Part shown: piece after piece, positions 34,926 to 44,428 of the stretch
Position numbering within the stretch: the stretch's first letter is position 1
Layout of the letters: each line of letters opens with the position of its first letter
Origin: a virus
Lineage: Duplodnaviria; Caudoviricetes
DNA: 64,000 bases
Strand: one strand, 5' to 3'
Virus record (IMG/VR): IMGVR_UViG_3300020045_015293
Location: 1 to 64,000 of that record
The notes under the pieces: model-generated
The model's input: the letters and a program-made list of their open reading frames with translations, nothing else
Told to the model about the DNA's origin: nothing
Database searches by the model: none
Made by a program: the position numbers and the translations under genes

Positions 34926-35702
34926 ATGCCAATAAGTATAATTATACCAACATATGATGCTGTAGATTATTTAGTATTGTGTTTAGAATCAATTTATCAA
35001 AATCAAGTCGATCCTAACAATGAAATTATTGTAGTTGTTGATGGTAAGCCTGAATTAAATAAGCATATTTTAGAGCAATATAAAACTAAATTAAATTTAA
35101 AAACAGTTATTTTTACGGAGAACGTAGGTTTAGCTTTAGCAACAAATTATGGCTTTTATAGTGCTTCTAACAAATATTGTTTAAATATAAATGATGATAA
35201 TGTATGTCCACATGAATTTGATAGGATATTAATGGAAGATTATATTAAATATTCAAATTCAGGAGTATTAATAGTGCCTAATCAAATCGAACCTAGACCA
35301 TCAATGTTTAAATCATTTATAATAAGAAATTTTGGAGAAGATGTAAATGAATTTGATTTAAAAATATTTAGTACCGAAGAAACAAAATTAAGAAAAAATA
35401 ATCATAGTGGTGATGGATGGACATTTCCATTTTTTATAAATAAATTGGATTTTATTAGGGTTGGGGGATTTGACCCATATTATAATAGTAGTCATGTAAT
35501 TGATTGGGAATTATTTTTGAAATTAAAATTATCAATGGTTTCATCATTTAGGACTCATAGATGTAATTTTTATCATTTTGGTTCTAAATCAGCTAGAACA
35601 CCAGGTAGTGAGGAGAAAGAAAGAGCAGCTCATGAATATGCTAAATTAAAATGGGGATCATATATTAAACATAATCCTGATACAAACGAAAAATATATAT
35701 GA
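34926..35702 (+). CDS. GT2-family glycosyltransferase
   Basis: SIIIPTY, VVVDG, INDD, GGFD, YHFG. Confidence 0.9.
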   Translation: MPISIIIPTYDAVDYLVLCLESIYQNQVDPNNEIIVVVDGKPELNKHILEQYKTKLNLKTVIFTENVGLALATNYGFYSASNKYCLNINDDNVCPHEFDRILMEDYIKYSNSGVLIVPNQIEPRPSMFKSFIIRNFGEDVNEFDLKIFSTEETKLRKNNHSGDGWTFPFFINKLDFIRVGGFDPYYNSSHVIDWELFLKLKLSMVSSFRTHRCNFYHFGSKSARTPGSEEKERAAHEYAKLKWGSYIKHNPDTNEKYI

Positions 35703-35894
35703 AAACAAAAATACAAATAATAGCAGAGTTATTAGATAAAAAAGCAATAACAGCTGAAGAAGCAGTTGTATTATTGACACCTGATGAACCTTCTAAAAAT
35801 ATTATATATGGACATCCTTTATCAAATCCTTGGAAACCTCAACCATATACTGGAGACCCTTTACCTAATCAAGACCCAATAATAACTTGTAAAA

Positions 35895-36452
35895 ATGGCA
35901 AATAAAAAAATATATAATAGTAGATTATTAATGCTTTCTGAAATTGAAGCTAAAGAAGTTGATAAAATAGTGGAAGCTATTTACTATTTTAATGAAGAGG
36001 AATCACAAAAAGTTATTAATGTATTAGAACATCCTAGTTATAAACCTGAACCCATTAGAATTGTATTAAAAAGTGAAGGAGGATCAATGTATGATGGTTT
36101 GGCTTTAATAGATGTTATTGAAAACTCAAAAATTCCAATACACATCACAGCTCACGGTTGTGTAATGTCAATGGCCTTAAATGTATTAGTATCAGGACAT
36201 GAAAAATATTGTAGTAAAAACACTACATTTATGTATCATGAAGGTTGGTATTCCATACCTGAATCTAATATACAAGAACATAAAGATGAATTACAAGAAG
36301 CTGAACGTTTAAATGAATTATGTGATAATTATTTAATCTCAAAAACAAAATTTACTATTGAAATTTTAGAAAAAATAAGAAAATCACGTAAAAATTGGTA
36401 CTTCGATGCTAATGAAGCTTTAAAATATGGGGTAGTAAATAAGATTCTCTAA
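35895..36452 (+). CDS. ClpP-like protease
   Basis: SEGG, GCVMSMA (Ser), FMYHE (His), YFDANEALKYG. Confidence 0.85.
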   Translation: MANKKIYNSRLLMLSEIEAKEVDKIVEAIYYFNEEESQKVINVLEHPSYKPEPIRIVLKSEGGSMYDGLALIDVIENSKIPIHITAHGCVMSMALNVLVSGHEKYCSKNTTFMYHEGWYSIPESNIQEHKDELQEAERLNELCDNYLISKTKFTIEILEKIRKSRKNWYFDANEALKYGVVNKIL

Positions 36453-36488
36453 AAAACCCATAATATTTATACATAAAGATAATTTGTT

Positions 36489-36803
36489 ATGATAAAAAAA
36501 ACAAAAAATTTTATGCGTAAATTATTAGGAGCAAATACAGGAATATCATCAAAAAGATTTATTGCTATATATGGATTTTTTTTAATTGCATTTGTAGTTT
36601 TAATAAACCTATTTACAGGTTTAAAAGTCAATGATTATATATTCAATGGATTGGTAATTACAGTGGGAGCGGCTTTGGGTGCTACTAGTATGGAACTTTT
36701 TGGAAAAGAAAGAAATTCAAGTTCATTTGATAGTACAACAACTACAACAATTAATAAAACTAATAATGCAGAAACTCCACCAAGTGGAATTGTTGAAAGA
36801 TAA
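36489..36803 (+). CDS. Two-TM holin-like membrane protein
   Basis: SSKR followed by two hydrophobic segments; ATATTTATA upstream. Confidence 0.5.
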   Translation: MIKKTKNFMRKLLGANTGISSKRFIAIYGFFLIAFVVLINLFTGLKVNDYIFNGLVITVGAALGATSMELFGKERNSSSFDSTTTTTINKTNNAETPPSGIVER

Positions 36804-37557
36804 TTTTTATAAAATGAAATCTAATAAATATATTAAAAGAGTAATTCCAATTTTAAGAATCCCTTTAAATACTAATGCTGATTACGATAAAATTTGTGAA
36901 GTCCCTGAATTTAAAAAAATTATGATGCTTGAAACATTATTAGCTATTAAAGAAGGAATTATAAAAAATAAAAAATCAATTTCATTATTCGAAATATCAG
37001 ATTCCAAACATTGTTTAAATATAGATAAAAAAAATTGGAAACCCCCTTTAAATACAGTTATGAAATATTTTATAGAATTGGAAGATTATGATAAAGCAAT
37101 AGAGTGTAGAGAATTATTAAAACAAATTTAATTATGGATGGAAAAAAATCAATTGATAAAATAAAAAATTCTATTGAAAGTTTATTAAATACCAAAACAG
37201 ATTTAGTTCCTAAAAAAATCACAAAAGAAGATAAAGATAAAATATTATTTGAAAAAATAATAAAAAATATAGAATTGGTAGATATTCGCTCTTTTATTTT
37301 AGAAGAAAAAAGTGATATTAATTTATCAAAATATGATAATAAATTTTTTAATATAATAGATGATCTAATACTTCTTCATTTTGGAATTGAAGCTTCAGAA
37401 CTTATATCTTTTTATTTATATGAAAGACATAACCCAGATGGAAGTATTAATCAAATATTAGATAATGAAAATACTCCCATTCCTTTAGAAAACCCTTCAG
37501 ACTTATGGAATTTAATACAAATTATTAAAACTTTTAAAAAACCAAAATCAAAATAAT

Positions 37558-37788
37558 ATGGATTGTATAAGATGTGGTGAACAAATTAATCCAAAACGAT
37601 TAAAAATTCTTCCTGAAACTAAAATATGTGTTAATTGTTCAACTACTAATAAATTAGTAGGAGTTCCAATTGCTATAGGAAAGGGTGAAGAAATTTATAC
37701 TGATTTAAATATTATGACTCAAGAATCATTTAAAGAACTTTCTAAATTACAAAGAGGAACATTTTTAGGAGGAGAAGATTATGGCTAA
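37558..37788 (+). CDS. TraR/DksA C4 zinc-finger protein
   Basis: CIRCGEQINPKRLKILPETKICVNC. Confidence 0.85.
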   Translation: MDCIRCGEQINPKRLKILPETKICVNCSTTNKLVGVPIAIGKGEEIYTDLNIMTQESFKELSKLQRGTFLGGEDYG

Positions 37789-38449
37789 TGGAAAATTACC
37801 TGGAAGGCCCAGAACTAAATTTATTACTAAAGAAGATATTCTTAGAGCTATGAAACATACTAAGAGTATTAAAGCATTAGCAAGATATTTAAAAGTAAGT
37901 TATCCCTATATTAAACCTTACATGAAAATGTTTAAGGATGAAGAAAGTGGAAAAACTTTATATGAAATTCATAAAAATCAACAAGGTAAGGGAATTAAAA
38001 AATTCATGAAAAATGGATATAAATTCCCAAATGTAAAACAAATTTTTAAAGAAGGAACGGGATTCGAATCATTTACTCCTGAAAAAATTAAAGTAAGAGG
38101 AATACAAGAAGGATACTTAAAAGAATGTTGTTATAGGTGTGGATTTGAAGAAAGAAGAGTTATAGATTTTAAAGTACCATTATTAATGAATTTCAAAGAC
38201 GGTAACCATCAAAATTATTTATTAGACAATATTGAATTACTTTGTTATAATTGTTATTTTTTAACAATAGGTAATATATTTACTCCAGATCAAATAAGAT
38301 ATATTGAAGATTATGTTACTGTTAAAACAAAATCTTTTAATTGGGAATTGGAGCATATTCCAAATAACCCTAAAACAGATTGGAATTTAACAGAAGATCA
38401 AATTACTAATATGAAAGCATTAGGATTATTAGATAATAATGATTCCTAA
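37781..38449 (+). CDS. HTH plus HNH-like zinc-finger protein
   Basis: CYRCG..DGNHQN..LLCYNC. Confidence 0.55.
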   Translation: MANGKLPGRPRTKFITKEDILRAMKHTKSIKALARYLKVSYPYIKPYMKMFKDEESGKTLYEIHKNQQGKGIKKFMKNGYKFPNVKQIFKEGTGFESFTPEKIKVRGIQEGYLKECCYRCGFEERRVIDFKVPLLMNFKDGNHQNYLLDNIELLCYNCYFLTIGNIFTPDQIRYIEDYVTVKTKSFNWELEHIPNNPKTDWNLTEDQITNMKALGLLDNNDS

Positions 38450-38508
38450 CTTACAATAAAAAATTTTAAAGTCCAAAATTTTTAATTTAATTTTATAACA
38501 AATGTGAA

Positions 38509-39051
38509 ATGCATATAAATAAAATAGAAACTGTTAGAAGATTTGCATTTTATTGTCACAAAAATGTTAATCATTTATATGATGGAAGACCTTATGAAGT
38601 TCATTTAGATATGGCTAGTGATGTTGGAAAAAAATTTATTCATTTAATACCAGTAAAAGATAGAGAAAATGTAATAGGAGCTATATATTTGCATGATGTA
38701 ATAGAAGATACAAGAAAAACTTATAATGATATTACAAAAGTTACAAACAAAACAATAGCGGATATTGTATATGCATTAACAAATGAAAAGGGAAAAACTA
38801 GAAAAGAACGTGCAAATAAAAAATATTATAAAAGTATAAGATATACAAAGTATGCAACATTTGTTAAATTATGTGATAGAATTGCAAACATTGAATATAG
38901 TAAAGAAAAAAATAATTCAATGTTTAATACATATGTAAAAGAAAATAAATTATTTGTAAATTCATTGAAAAAAAATTGGTTTGAACGTATATTTTGGAAA
39001 GAAAATAATTATAAAGAAATGTTTGATTATTTAAATAAACTAGTAAAATGA
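38509..39051 (+). CDS. SpoT/Mesh1-like HD hydrolase (small alarmone hydrolase)
   Basis: H..Y..PY..H, LHDVIED, LT, KLCDRIAN. Confidence 0.8.
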   Translation: MHINKIETVRRFAFYCHKNVNHLYDGRPYEVHLDMASDVGKKFIHLIPVKDRENVIGAIYLHDVIEDTRKTYNDITKVTNKTIADIVYALTNEKGKTRKERANKKYYKSIRYTKYATFVKLCDRIANIEYSKEKNNSMFNTYVKENKLFVNSLKKNWFERIFWKENNYKEMFDYLNKLVK

Positions 39052-40549
39052 AAGTTTTGGGAAAAAATAATGTAACTCCAAAAATTGTTAGTGATTTTTA
39101 TTATTCATTATTAATAGAAAAAAGGTTACTTTGTCAAGATTTAAAGGTAGAATGTTTTGGAGAAAGGTTTTTTAAGTAAAGAAAAATTACAAACTTTTCC
39201 ACATAATCAATTGGTAAATTTTTATCAAAAATTATTAAGTTTATAAATGGGGATTTTAATATTAATATATTATATAATTATTGGTAAATTAACATTACCT
39301 GAATATTGGGAAAATGATTAAAAATAAAGTTTATGGATACAAAACAACAAAAAGAAAAACCTCACGTAGAATTATTAGCTAAATTGTTTTCTAATTTCAA
39401 AGATCCAGAGCCATTTAGAAAAAACCCAAAACAAAATGAATATGTTTTAGGTTCAAAAAATTTCACTAAAATGGTTATGTTTGCTATTGAAACTCAATTA
39501 GACAATAATGATATTGATTTTTGGTGTCATCAATTACCAAAACGTAGTTCTGAAGAATCATATGAATCTTATAAACAACGAATGATATTTACTAAACTAT
39601 TAAATAAATATCGTCCATTTTTATATAATTATAATGTATATAATGTTGAAAAGAAACATTCAACAAAACGTGCTAAAAAAGTTATGAAAGAACTTGGAAT
39701 TGCTTAAAAGTTTGTTTTCCAAAATTTTATTTTTAATTTTACAAAAACATAAAAAAAGTTATGAAAAGAAAGTTTATTGTAAATAATGAAATTTCATCTG
39801 GAGGAATTCCTACTCTATTTATGAAGTATATCATTAACAAAAAGGGAACAAAATATGTTTTTGGTTGTGGGGATGTTACTATTGGTGTGGAAGGAATAAG
39901 AGCTTTTAGAGAATTAATGACATCTCTTAGAATATATCATCAAGGTCCATGGAATGGAAAAATAAAATCAATTGAAAATGCTCAAATATATATTAATAGA
40001 GCAATTTATAATGATAAATTTAATGATAAATTTAATAATTGGGGATATAGGGCAACAAGAACAAAATCAGGAGGAATTTCATTTGGATGCGGTGTGGTAA
40101 AATTCACTTATAGAGAATTAAAATATCTTAACAATATATTAAGTTATATCATTCCTTATTTAAAATCATTTAAATATGATGATGCTTTATTAGCATTAAA
40201 TGAATTATTATTATTATCAAGAAATATGTTAATTACTTTAAGCAATTAATAATGAATTTAAAATTTAATTTAAATAAAGATAATATAACACTTTCTATGG
40301 AAATAGATGGCGAAAATATTGCAGATAATATTTTATTTATTCCCGAAAAATGTGTTGATCATCGTGGTTTGGCTCTAAATTTATATGCTAGTGAACATGG
40401 TTATAAATTAAATGATTTTATATTTGATGATGTTAATGGAGAAATAAAACGTGGATTTAATTATATGTTAAATCCTATATATATTAAAAGAGCAATTAAT
40501 AATTTTAAAAATAGAGAATAATAAACTTAAAAACAAAAAAAATAAAGTT

Positions 40550-41215
40550 ATGAAACAAACTGCATTTGATTTAAACAATTCTTATTTTATAAACACTACA
40601 TTTCGCAAAATGAGAATTCATGGAAAAGAATTTGATATTTTATCATTTCCAAGAAATGGTAATAATGTAAAAGTGGATGATGTCAAAAGTGTATTTAATG
40701 GTAAAAATACTATTTCAATTTATAACAATAATGGAAGGTGTATATCTGAAAATTTTAATATTAAAAAAAGTAAAAATGATGAGGGCCCATGGGAATTAGG
40801 TTGTCAAACCATTACAAAGCAAAATGTTAATAAACTAAGAAGTTTATTGTTTGAAACTAAACCAAAAGTAGCAGCTAAACCAAAAATTGTTAATAGAGTT
40901 TTTAATTTAAATACTAGGGATTTAAGAAATTCTAAAGTAATAATTGCTGAAACATTTGGTGCTAGAAAGAAAAATGTACCGGTATTATATTTTCCAAGAA
41001 GAAGAGAAGCGGTTTCATTAGATGAAGTTAGAAAAGTTTTAACTAATAGAAATAAAACAAGTATGCATACTTATACTTATAATACTAATGAAAAACAATT
41101 AAATTTTCATTTTAGTGAATTCCATGGTATAAGTAGAAAAAATGGTTTAAAAATTGGTTGTCAAAAAATTAATTCAAGAGTATTACAATCTTTTAGAAAA
41201 GCTATTGGATTATAA
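40550..41215 (+). CDS. Protein with two ~100-aa GCQ-motif repeats
   Basis: Internal duplication ending (L/I)GCQ..L. Confidence 0.7.
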   Translation: MKQTAFDLNNSYFINTTFRKMRIHGKEFDILSFPRNGNNVKVDDVKSVFNGKNTISIYNNNGRCISENFNIKKSKNDEGPWELGCQTITKQNVNKLRSLLFETKPKVAAKPKIVNRVFNLNTRDLRNSKVIIAETFGARKKNVPVLYFPRRREAVSLDEVRKVLTNRNKTSMHTYTYNTNEKQLNFHFSEFHGISRKNGLKIGCQKINSRVLQSFRKAIGL

Positions 41216-41232
41216 ATTAAAAAATAAAGTTT

Positions 41233-41886
41233 ATGTCAAAAATTATAACACTTCCAAACATAAAAATTAATAATAATTTAGGAACAATTGGTATTATAGA
41301 AGTAAGTATTAAGGGTAAAATTCATCAATGTATTCAATTTTCTTATAGATCTGATTGTATTAAAATTTCATCTGTAAAACAAATATTACAGGGAAAAATT
41401 AAAAAAAGGGTTACAACATATGATCGTTATGGTAATAAATATGATACTTATAATATAACAAATACTTCAAAAGGAATACATATAGGATGTCAATATATTC
41501 ATTCATCAGTAGTTAATAAACTTAAAACTTTACTTTTAGGTACAAATATAGAAGCAGTTAAAAAACAATTTTCATTAACATCATTTAATAGTAATGACTT
41601 AAGAAGAATTTCAATAATAAATGAAAAAGTATATCGTAAAGGAGTTTTTTCATGTATATATTTTCCACTAAGAGAGGACTATGTTTTATTAAATGATGTT
41701 AAATTAGTAATTCAAAATAATAAATTGTCTTTTATTAATACATATTATAAAAGAGGTAATATTTTAAGATTAAATGTAGCAAGAAAAATATATAGAAATT
41801 ATAAAGGAAACATTATATCCGTTGGATGTCAAGGTATACCTTCTTCAACATTAATTCAATTAAAACAATATTTTAAAATAAAATAA
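41233..41886 (+). CDS. Paralog with two GCQ-motif repeats
   Basis: HIGCQ and SVGCQ repeats. Confidence 0.7.
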   Translation: MSKIITLPNIKINNNLGTIGIIEVSIKGKIHQCIQFSYRSDCIKISSVKQILQGKIKKRVTTYDRYGNKYDTYNITNTSKGIHIGCQYIHSSVVNKLKTLLLGTNIEAVKKQFSLTSFNSNDLRRISIINEKVYRKGVFSCIYFPLREDYVLLNDVKLVIQNNKLSFINTYYKRGNILRLNVARKIYRNYKGNIISVGCQGIPSSTLIQLKQYFKIK

Positions 41887-41905
41887 CGGTTTTTAAAAAG
41901 TATAT

Positions 41906-41914
41906 ATATTTATA
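41906..41914 (+). promoter_or_regulatory. Representative of the ATATTTAT(A) motif (second, probably late, promoter class)
   Basis: Also near 12236, 18909, 36463, 43102, 47359, 51320, 59588, 63742; always intergenic. Confidence 0.6.
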
Positions 41915-41917
41915 GAT

Positions 41918-42022
41918 ATGAAAAATAAAATGTCATATAGATCCTTTAGTTGGTCAATTTGTCCCGGTGCACAACGCGTGCATGGAGAAGATACTAAGGG
42001 CTATAAAGATGTTATTGTATAA
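41918..42022 (+). CDS. Leader peptide 1 MKNKMSYRSFSWSICPGAQRVHGEDTKGYKDVIV
   Basis: Hand translation; follows ATATTTATA and precedes a terminator. Confidence 0.7.
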   Translation: MKNKMSYRSFSWSICPGAQRVHGEDTKGYKDVIV

Positions 42023-42047
42023 AACTATAAATTAACAATATTTTAAG

Positions 42048-42073
42048 AAGCCCATTGAAAAATGGGCTTTTTT
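42048..42073 (+). terminator. Intrinsic terminator (attenuator) ahead of tRNA block 1
   Basis: AAGCCCATT-GAAA-AATGGGCTT plus T tract. Confidence 0.85.
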
Positions 42074-42077
42074 ATTC

Positions 42078-42150
42078 GGTGACTAAGCTAATCTGGTGAA
42101 AGCGTATCCCTGAAGAGGATAAGAGTTCGGGTCGGAACCGAGAGTCACTG
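42078..42150 (+). tRNA. tRNA-Phe(GAA), atypical T-loop GTCGGAA
   Basis: Manual cloverleaf; loop CTGAAGA. Confidence 0.75.
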
Positions 42151-42297
42151 CAAAAATAAAAGTTAAAAGTTAATAGCGGTTCGCATTTAAATGGCAAGTA
42201 GTAGAGGTCCAAACTCATAAATCTATCCAACTCCTGAGGGCTGGAAGGTACCCAAGAGTAATATCAGGCAAGTTAAATGTACTTTTATTTTAAATAC

Positions 42298-42368
42298 GCG
42301 GGTATGGTGCAATGGTAGCATAAGTGATTCCAAACCACTTGATAAGAGTTCGAACCTTTTTATCCGTG
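42298..42368 (+). tRNA. tRNA-Trp(CCA)
   Basis: Manual cloverleaf; loop TTCCAAA. Confidence 0.9.
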
Positions 42369-42373
42369 CAAAT

Positions 42374-42446
42374 GACTCTATGGTGAAATTGAATATCATT
42401 CTTCTTTCCTAAAGAAGCGTTTCAGATTTGAATTCTGATAGAGTTA
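42374..42446 (+). tRNA. tRNA-Arg(CCT)
   Basis: Manual cloverleaf; loop TTCCTAA. Confidence 0.85.
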
Positions 42447-42455
42447 CTAAAATAT

Positions 42456-42528
42456 GGTTCCATGGTGAAATTGAATATCATTCTCGCCTTCTAAGCAAGA
42501 GTTTCGGGTTTAAATCCTGATGGAACTA
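42456..42528 (+). tRNA. tRNA-Arg(TCT)
   Basis: Manual cloverleaf; loop CTTCTAA. Confidence 0.85.
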
Positions 42529-42535
42529 CTAAAAT

Positions 42536-42608
42536 GGACTTATGGTGAAACAGAACATCACTCCACGCTACGGACGTGGCATTTCGGGTTTGAATCCTGA
42601 TAAGTCTA
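42536..42608 (+). tRNA. tRNA-Arg(ACG)
   Basis: Manual cloverleaf; loop CTACGGA. Confidence 0.87.
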
Positions 42609-42700
42609 CTAAAAGAGGAGCGGAAACGTACCATGAAATCCCGAAAGGGAGAATTGGGTCAGATCGATGGCTTTAAAAATTCTAACCTCTTTTTCAATAT

Positions 42701-42773
42701 GGCGGTATGTCCGAGCGATTATAGGTGCTAATCTGCAAAATTAGTTAGGTTGGTTTAACTCCAACTACCGCTT
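42701..42773 (+). tRNA. tRNA-Cys(GCA)
   Basis: Manual cloverleaf; loop CTGCAAA; U73. Confidence 0.85.
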
Positions 42774-42839
42774 CAAAAAATAAATTTTTTTATTCCAAAA
42801 AAAGAATTTAATTTTATATGTTCTTTGAAATTTAAATAT

Positions 42840-42912
42840 CTAGGTGTGGCCGAGATGGGAAGGCACTACTTTTGGGAAGTAGACCAAGCAGGATCGTCAC
42901 CTGTCACCTAGA
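42840..42912 (+). tRNA. tRNA-Pro(TGG)
   Basis: Manual cloverleaf; loop TTTGGGA. Confidence 0.85.
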
Positions 42913-42985
42913 CATAACTACCTAGTCCGACTTAACTTTGAATTTAATTATGTTAAATTTAGGGGATTGTGAGGGGTAGTTAAAT

Positions 42986-43060
42986 GGGGATATAGTATAA
43001 ATTGGAATAGTATGGTGGTTTTGCATACCATCGATCCGGAATCGTGGTCCGGTATCTCCA
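42986..43060 (+). tRNA. tRNA-Ala(TGC)
   Basis: Manual cloverleaf; G3:U70. Confidence 0.85.
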
Positions 43061-43122
43061 CAAAAGTTCTTTGAAAATATTCGTTTTTTATTTTTTCCAC
43101 ATATTTATACCAAATATAAATT

Positions 43123-44037
43123 ATGGGAAGATTAAAATATACTAAAGAATTACTTGAAATAAAAGTTAAAGAAAGTTTTTCATTAAGAGAATTAATGGAA
43201 AAATTAGGGATGAATTATTATTCAAGTCAAAAACATATAAGAAATTTACTTGAAGCTTATAATTTAAATACTTCACATTTTATTGGAATTAAGATACAAA
43301 AACGTAATAATGAAGAAATATTTAAAACTGATTCTAAAGTAAATAGATCAACTTTAAGAAAAAGAATTATTGATAATAATTTAATTCCATATATTTGTCA
43401 AAATTGTAATTGTAATGATGAATGGATGGGTAAAAAAATGCCTTTTATATTAGATCATATTAATGGAATAGGAGAGGATAATAGAATTGAAAATTTAAGA
43501 TGGCTTTGTTCAAATTGTGATTCAATACAGGATACTTATAAATCAAAAAATAAAAATTCGAGTAAATCAAGAAAAAGAATAATTAATAAAATAAACAGAG
43601 AATCTGAAATATTAAATATTAAATTAAATAAACATAAAATTACAGAATTAAAAAATAATGAATTAAAACAACAAATACTAAATTCAAGAGTAGAATTTAA
43701 TGAAATGGGGTGGGGAGTAGAATTAAGTAAAATATTAAATATGACTCCTCAAAATTGTTTGAGAATAACTAAAAAATTATTACCTGAATTTTATAAAGAA
43801 AAATGTTGGAAAAAATTTGAAGATAAAAATAAATTTAAAAGACAAAAAGATTTAGAAATTGAAAAATCAAAATATAATTTAGAAAAAATAAAGAAAAATA
43901 TTAACCTTATAAAAGCATCAAAAATTAATTTTAAAGAAAGAGGTTGTTTTGTAAAAGCTAATCAAATATTAGGATTTAAACAAACTACAGATGCTATTAA
44001 ATGGTTAAAAAGAAATCTCCCCGAATTAATAAATTAA
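43123..44037 (+). mobile_element. Free-standing HNH homing endonuclease inside the tRNA array
   Basis: CQNC..LDHING..DNRIENLRWLCSNCD. Confidence 0.85.
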
Positions 44038-44109
44038 AAACAAAAACATGAAAAATTCCAACAGCCTAACGCTTTAAGGTTACTGACAAAACAGTAGCCC
44101 AGCGTAAAA

Positions 44110-44280
44110 ATGGCTAAAAAAGAAGGCGGTGGTAAAGGTAAAAAAGGTAATAAAAAATACGGCCGCGAAATTAAAAAAAGATCAAATAGAGGAAGTACAA
44201 TTTCTTTATTTGTTCGCAACAGAATTACTGCTGAAGAATATTTTAGAAAAGCAGGATTATCTCTAAAAAGAGATAAATAA
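44110..44280 (+). CDS. 56-aa Lys/Gly/Arg-rich basic protein (below the ORF-track cutoff)
   Basis: Hand translation MAKKEGGGKGKKGNKKYGR.. Confidence 0.6.
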   Translation: MAKKEGGGKGKKGNKKYGREIKKRSNRGSTISLFVRNRITAEEYFRKAGLSLKRDK

Positions 44281-44283
44281 ACA

Positions 44284-44423
44284 GGCTCCGGAAGTCGTGA
44301 GTTCGAGTCTCACCTTGGCCCGAAAGGGCTGAGTAGCTCAGTTGGTAGAGCGCCGGACTAGGTTATCAATTAACGAGGACGTTAGTGCACGCCTACAATG
44401 CAGTAATGCAAGAGGATAACCGC
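44284..44423 (+). ncRNA. Circularly permuted tRNA-like RNA (YrlA-type Y RNA candidate)
   Basis: Order T arm, loop-closed acceptor stem, D arm; open anticodon stem TCCGG/CCGGA. Confidence 0.75.
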
Positions 44424-44428
44424 AAATT

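Noticed and set aside
39048-39246. Small ORF broken by a frameshift in a T run
   Set aside because: Could be a homopolymer error or a decayed gene; no evidence for programmed frameshifting
41918-42022. Partial colinearity between leader-1 codon order and tRNA gene order (F, W, C, P, A..H..E, D, T, K)
   Set aside because: Order is imperfect and no mechanism requires it; only the composition match is claimed
42915-42981. Hairpin with GTCCGA resembling the metazoan Y RNA motif
   Set aside because: Pairing is weak and the motif is too short to support a call
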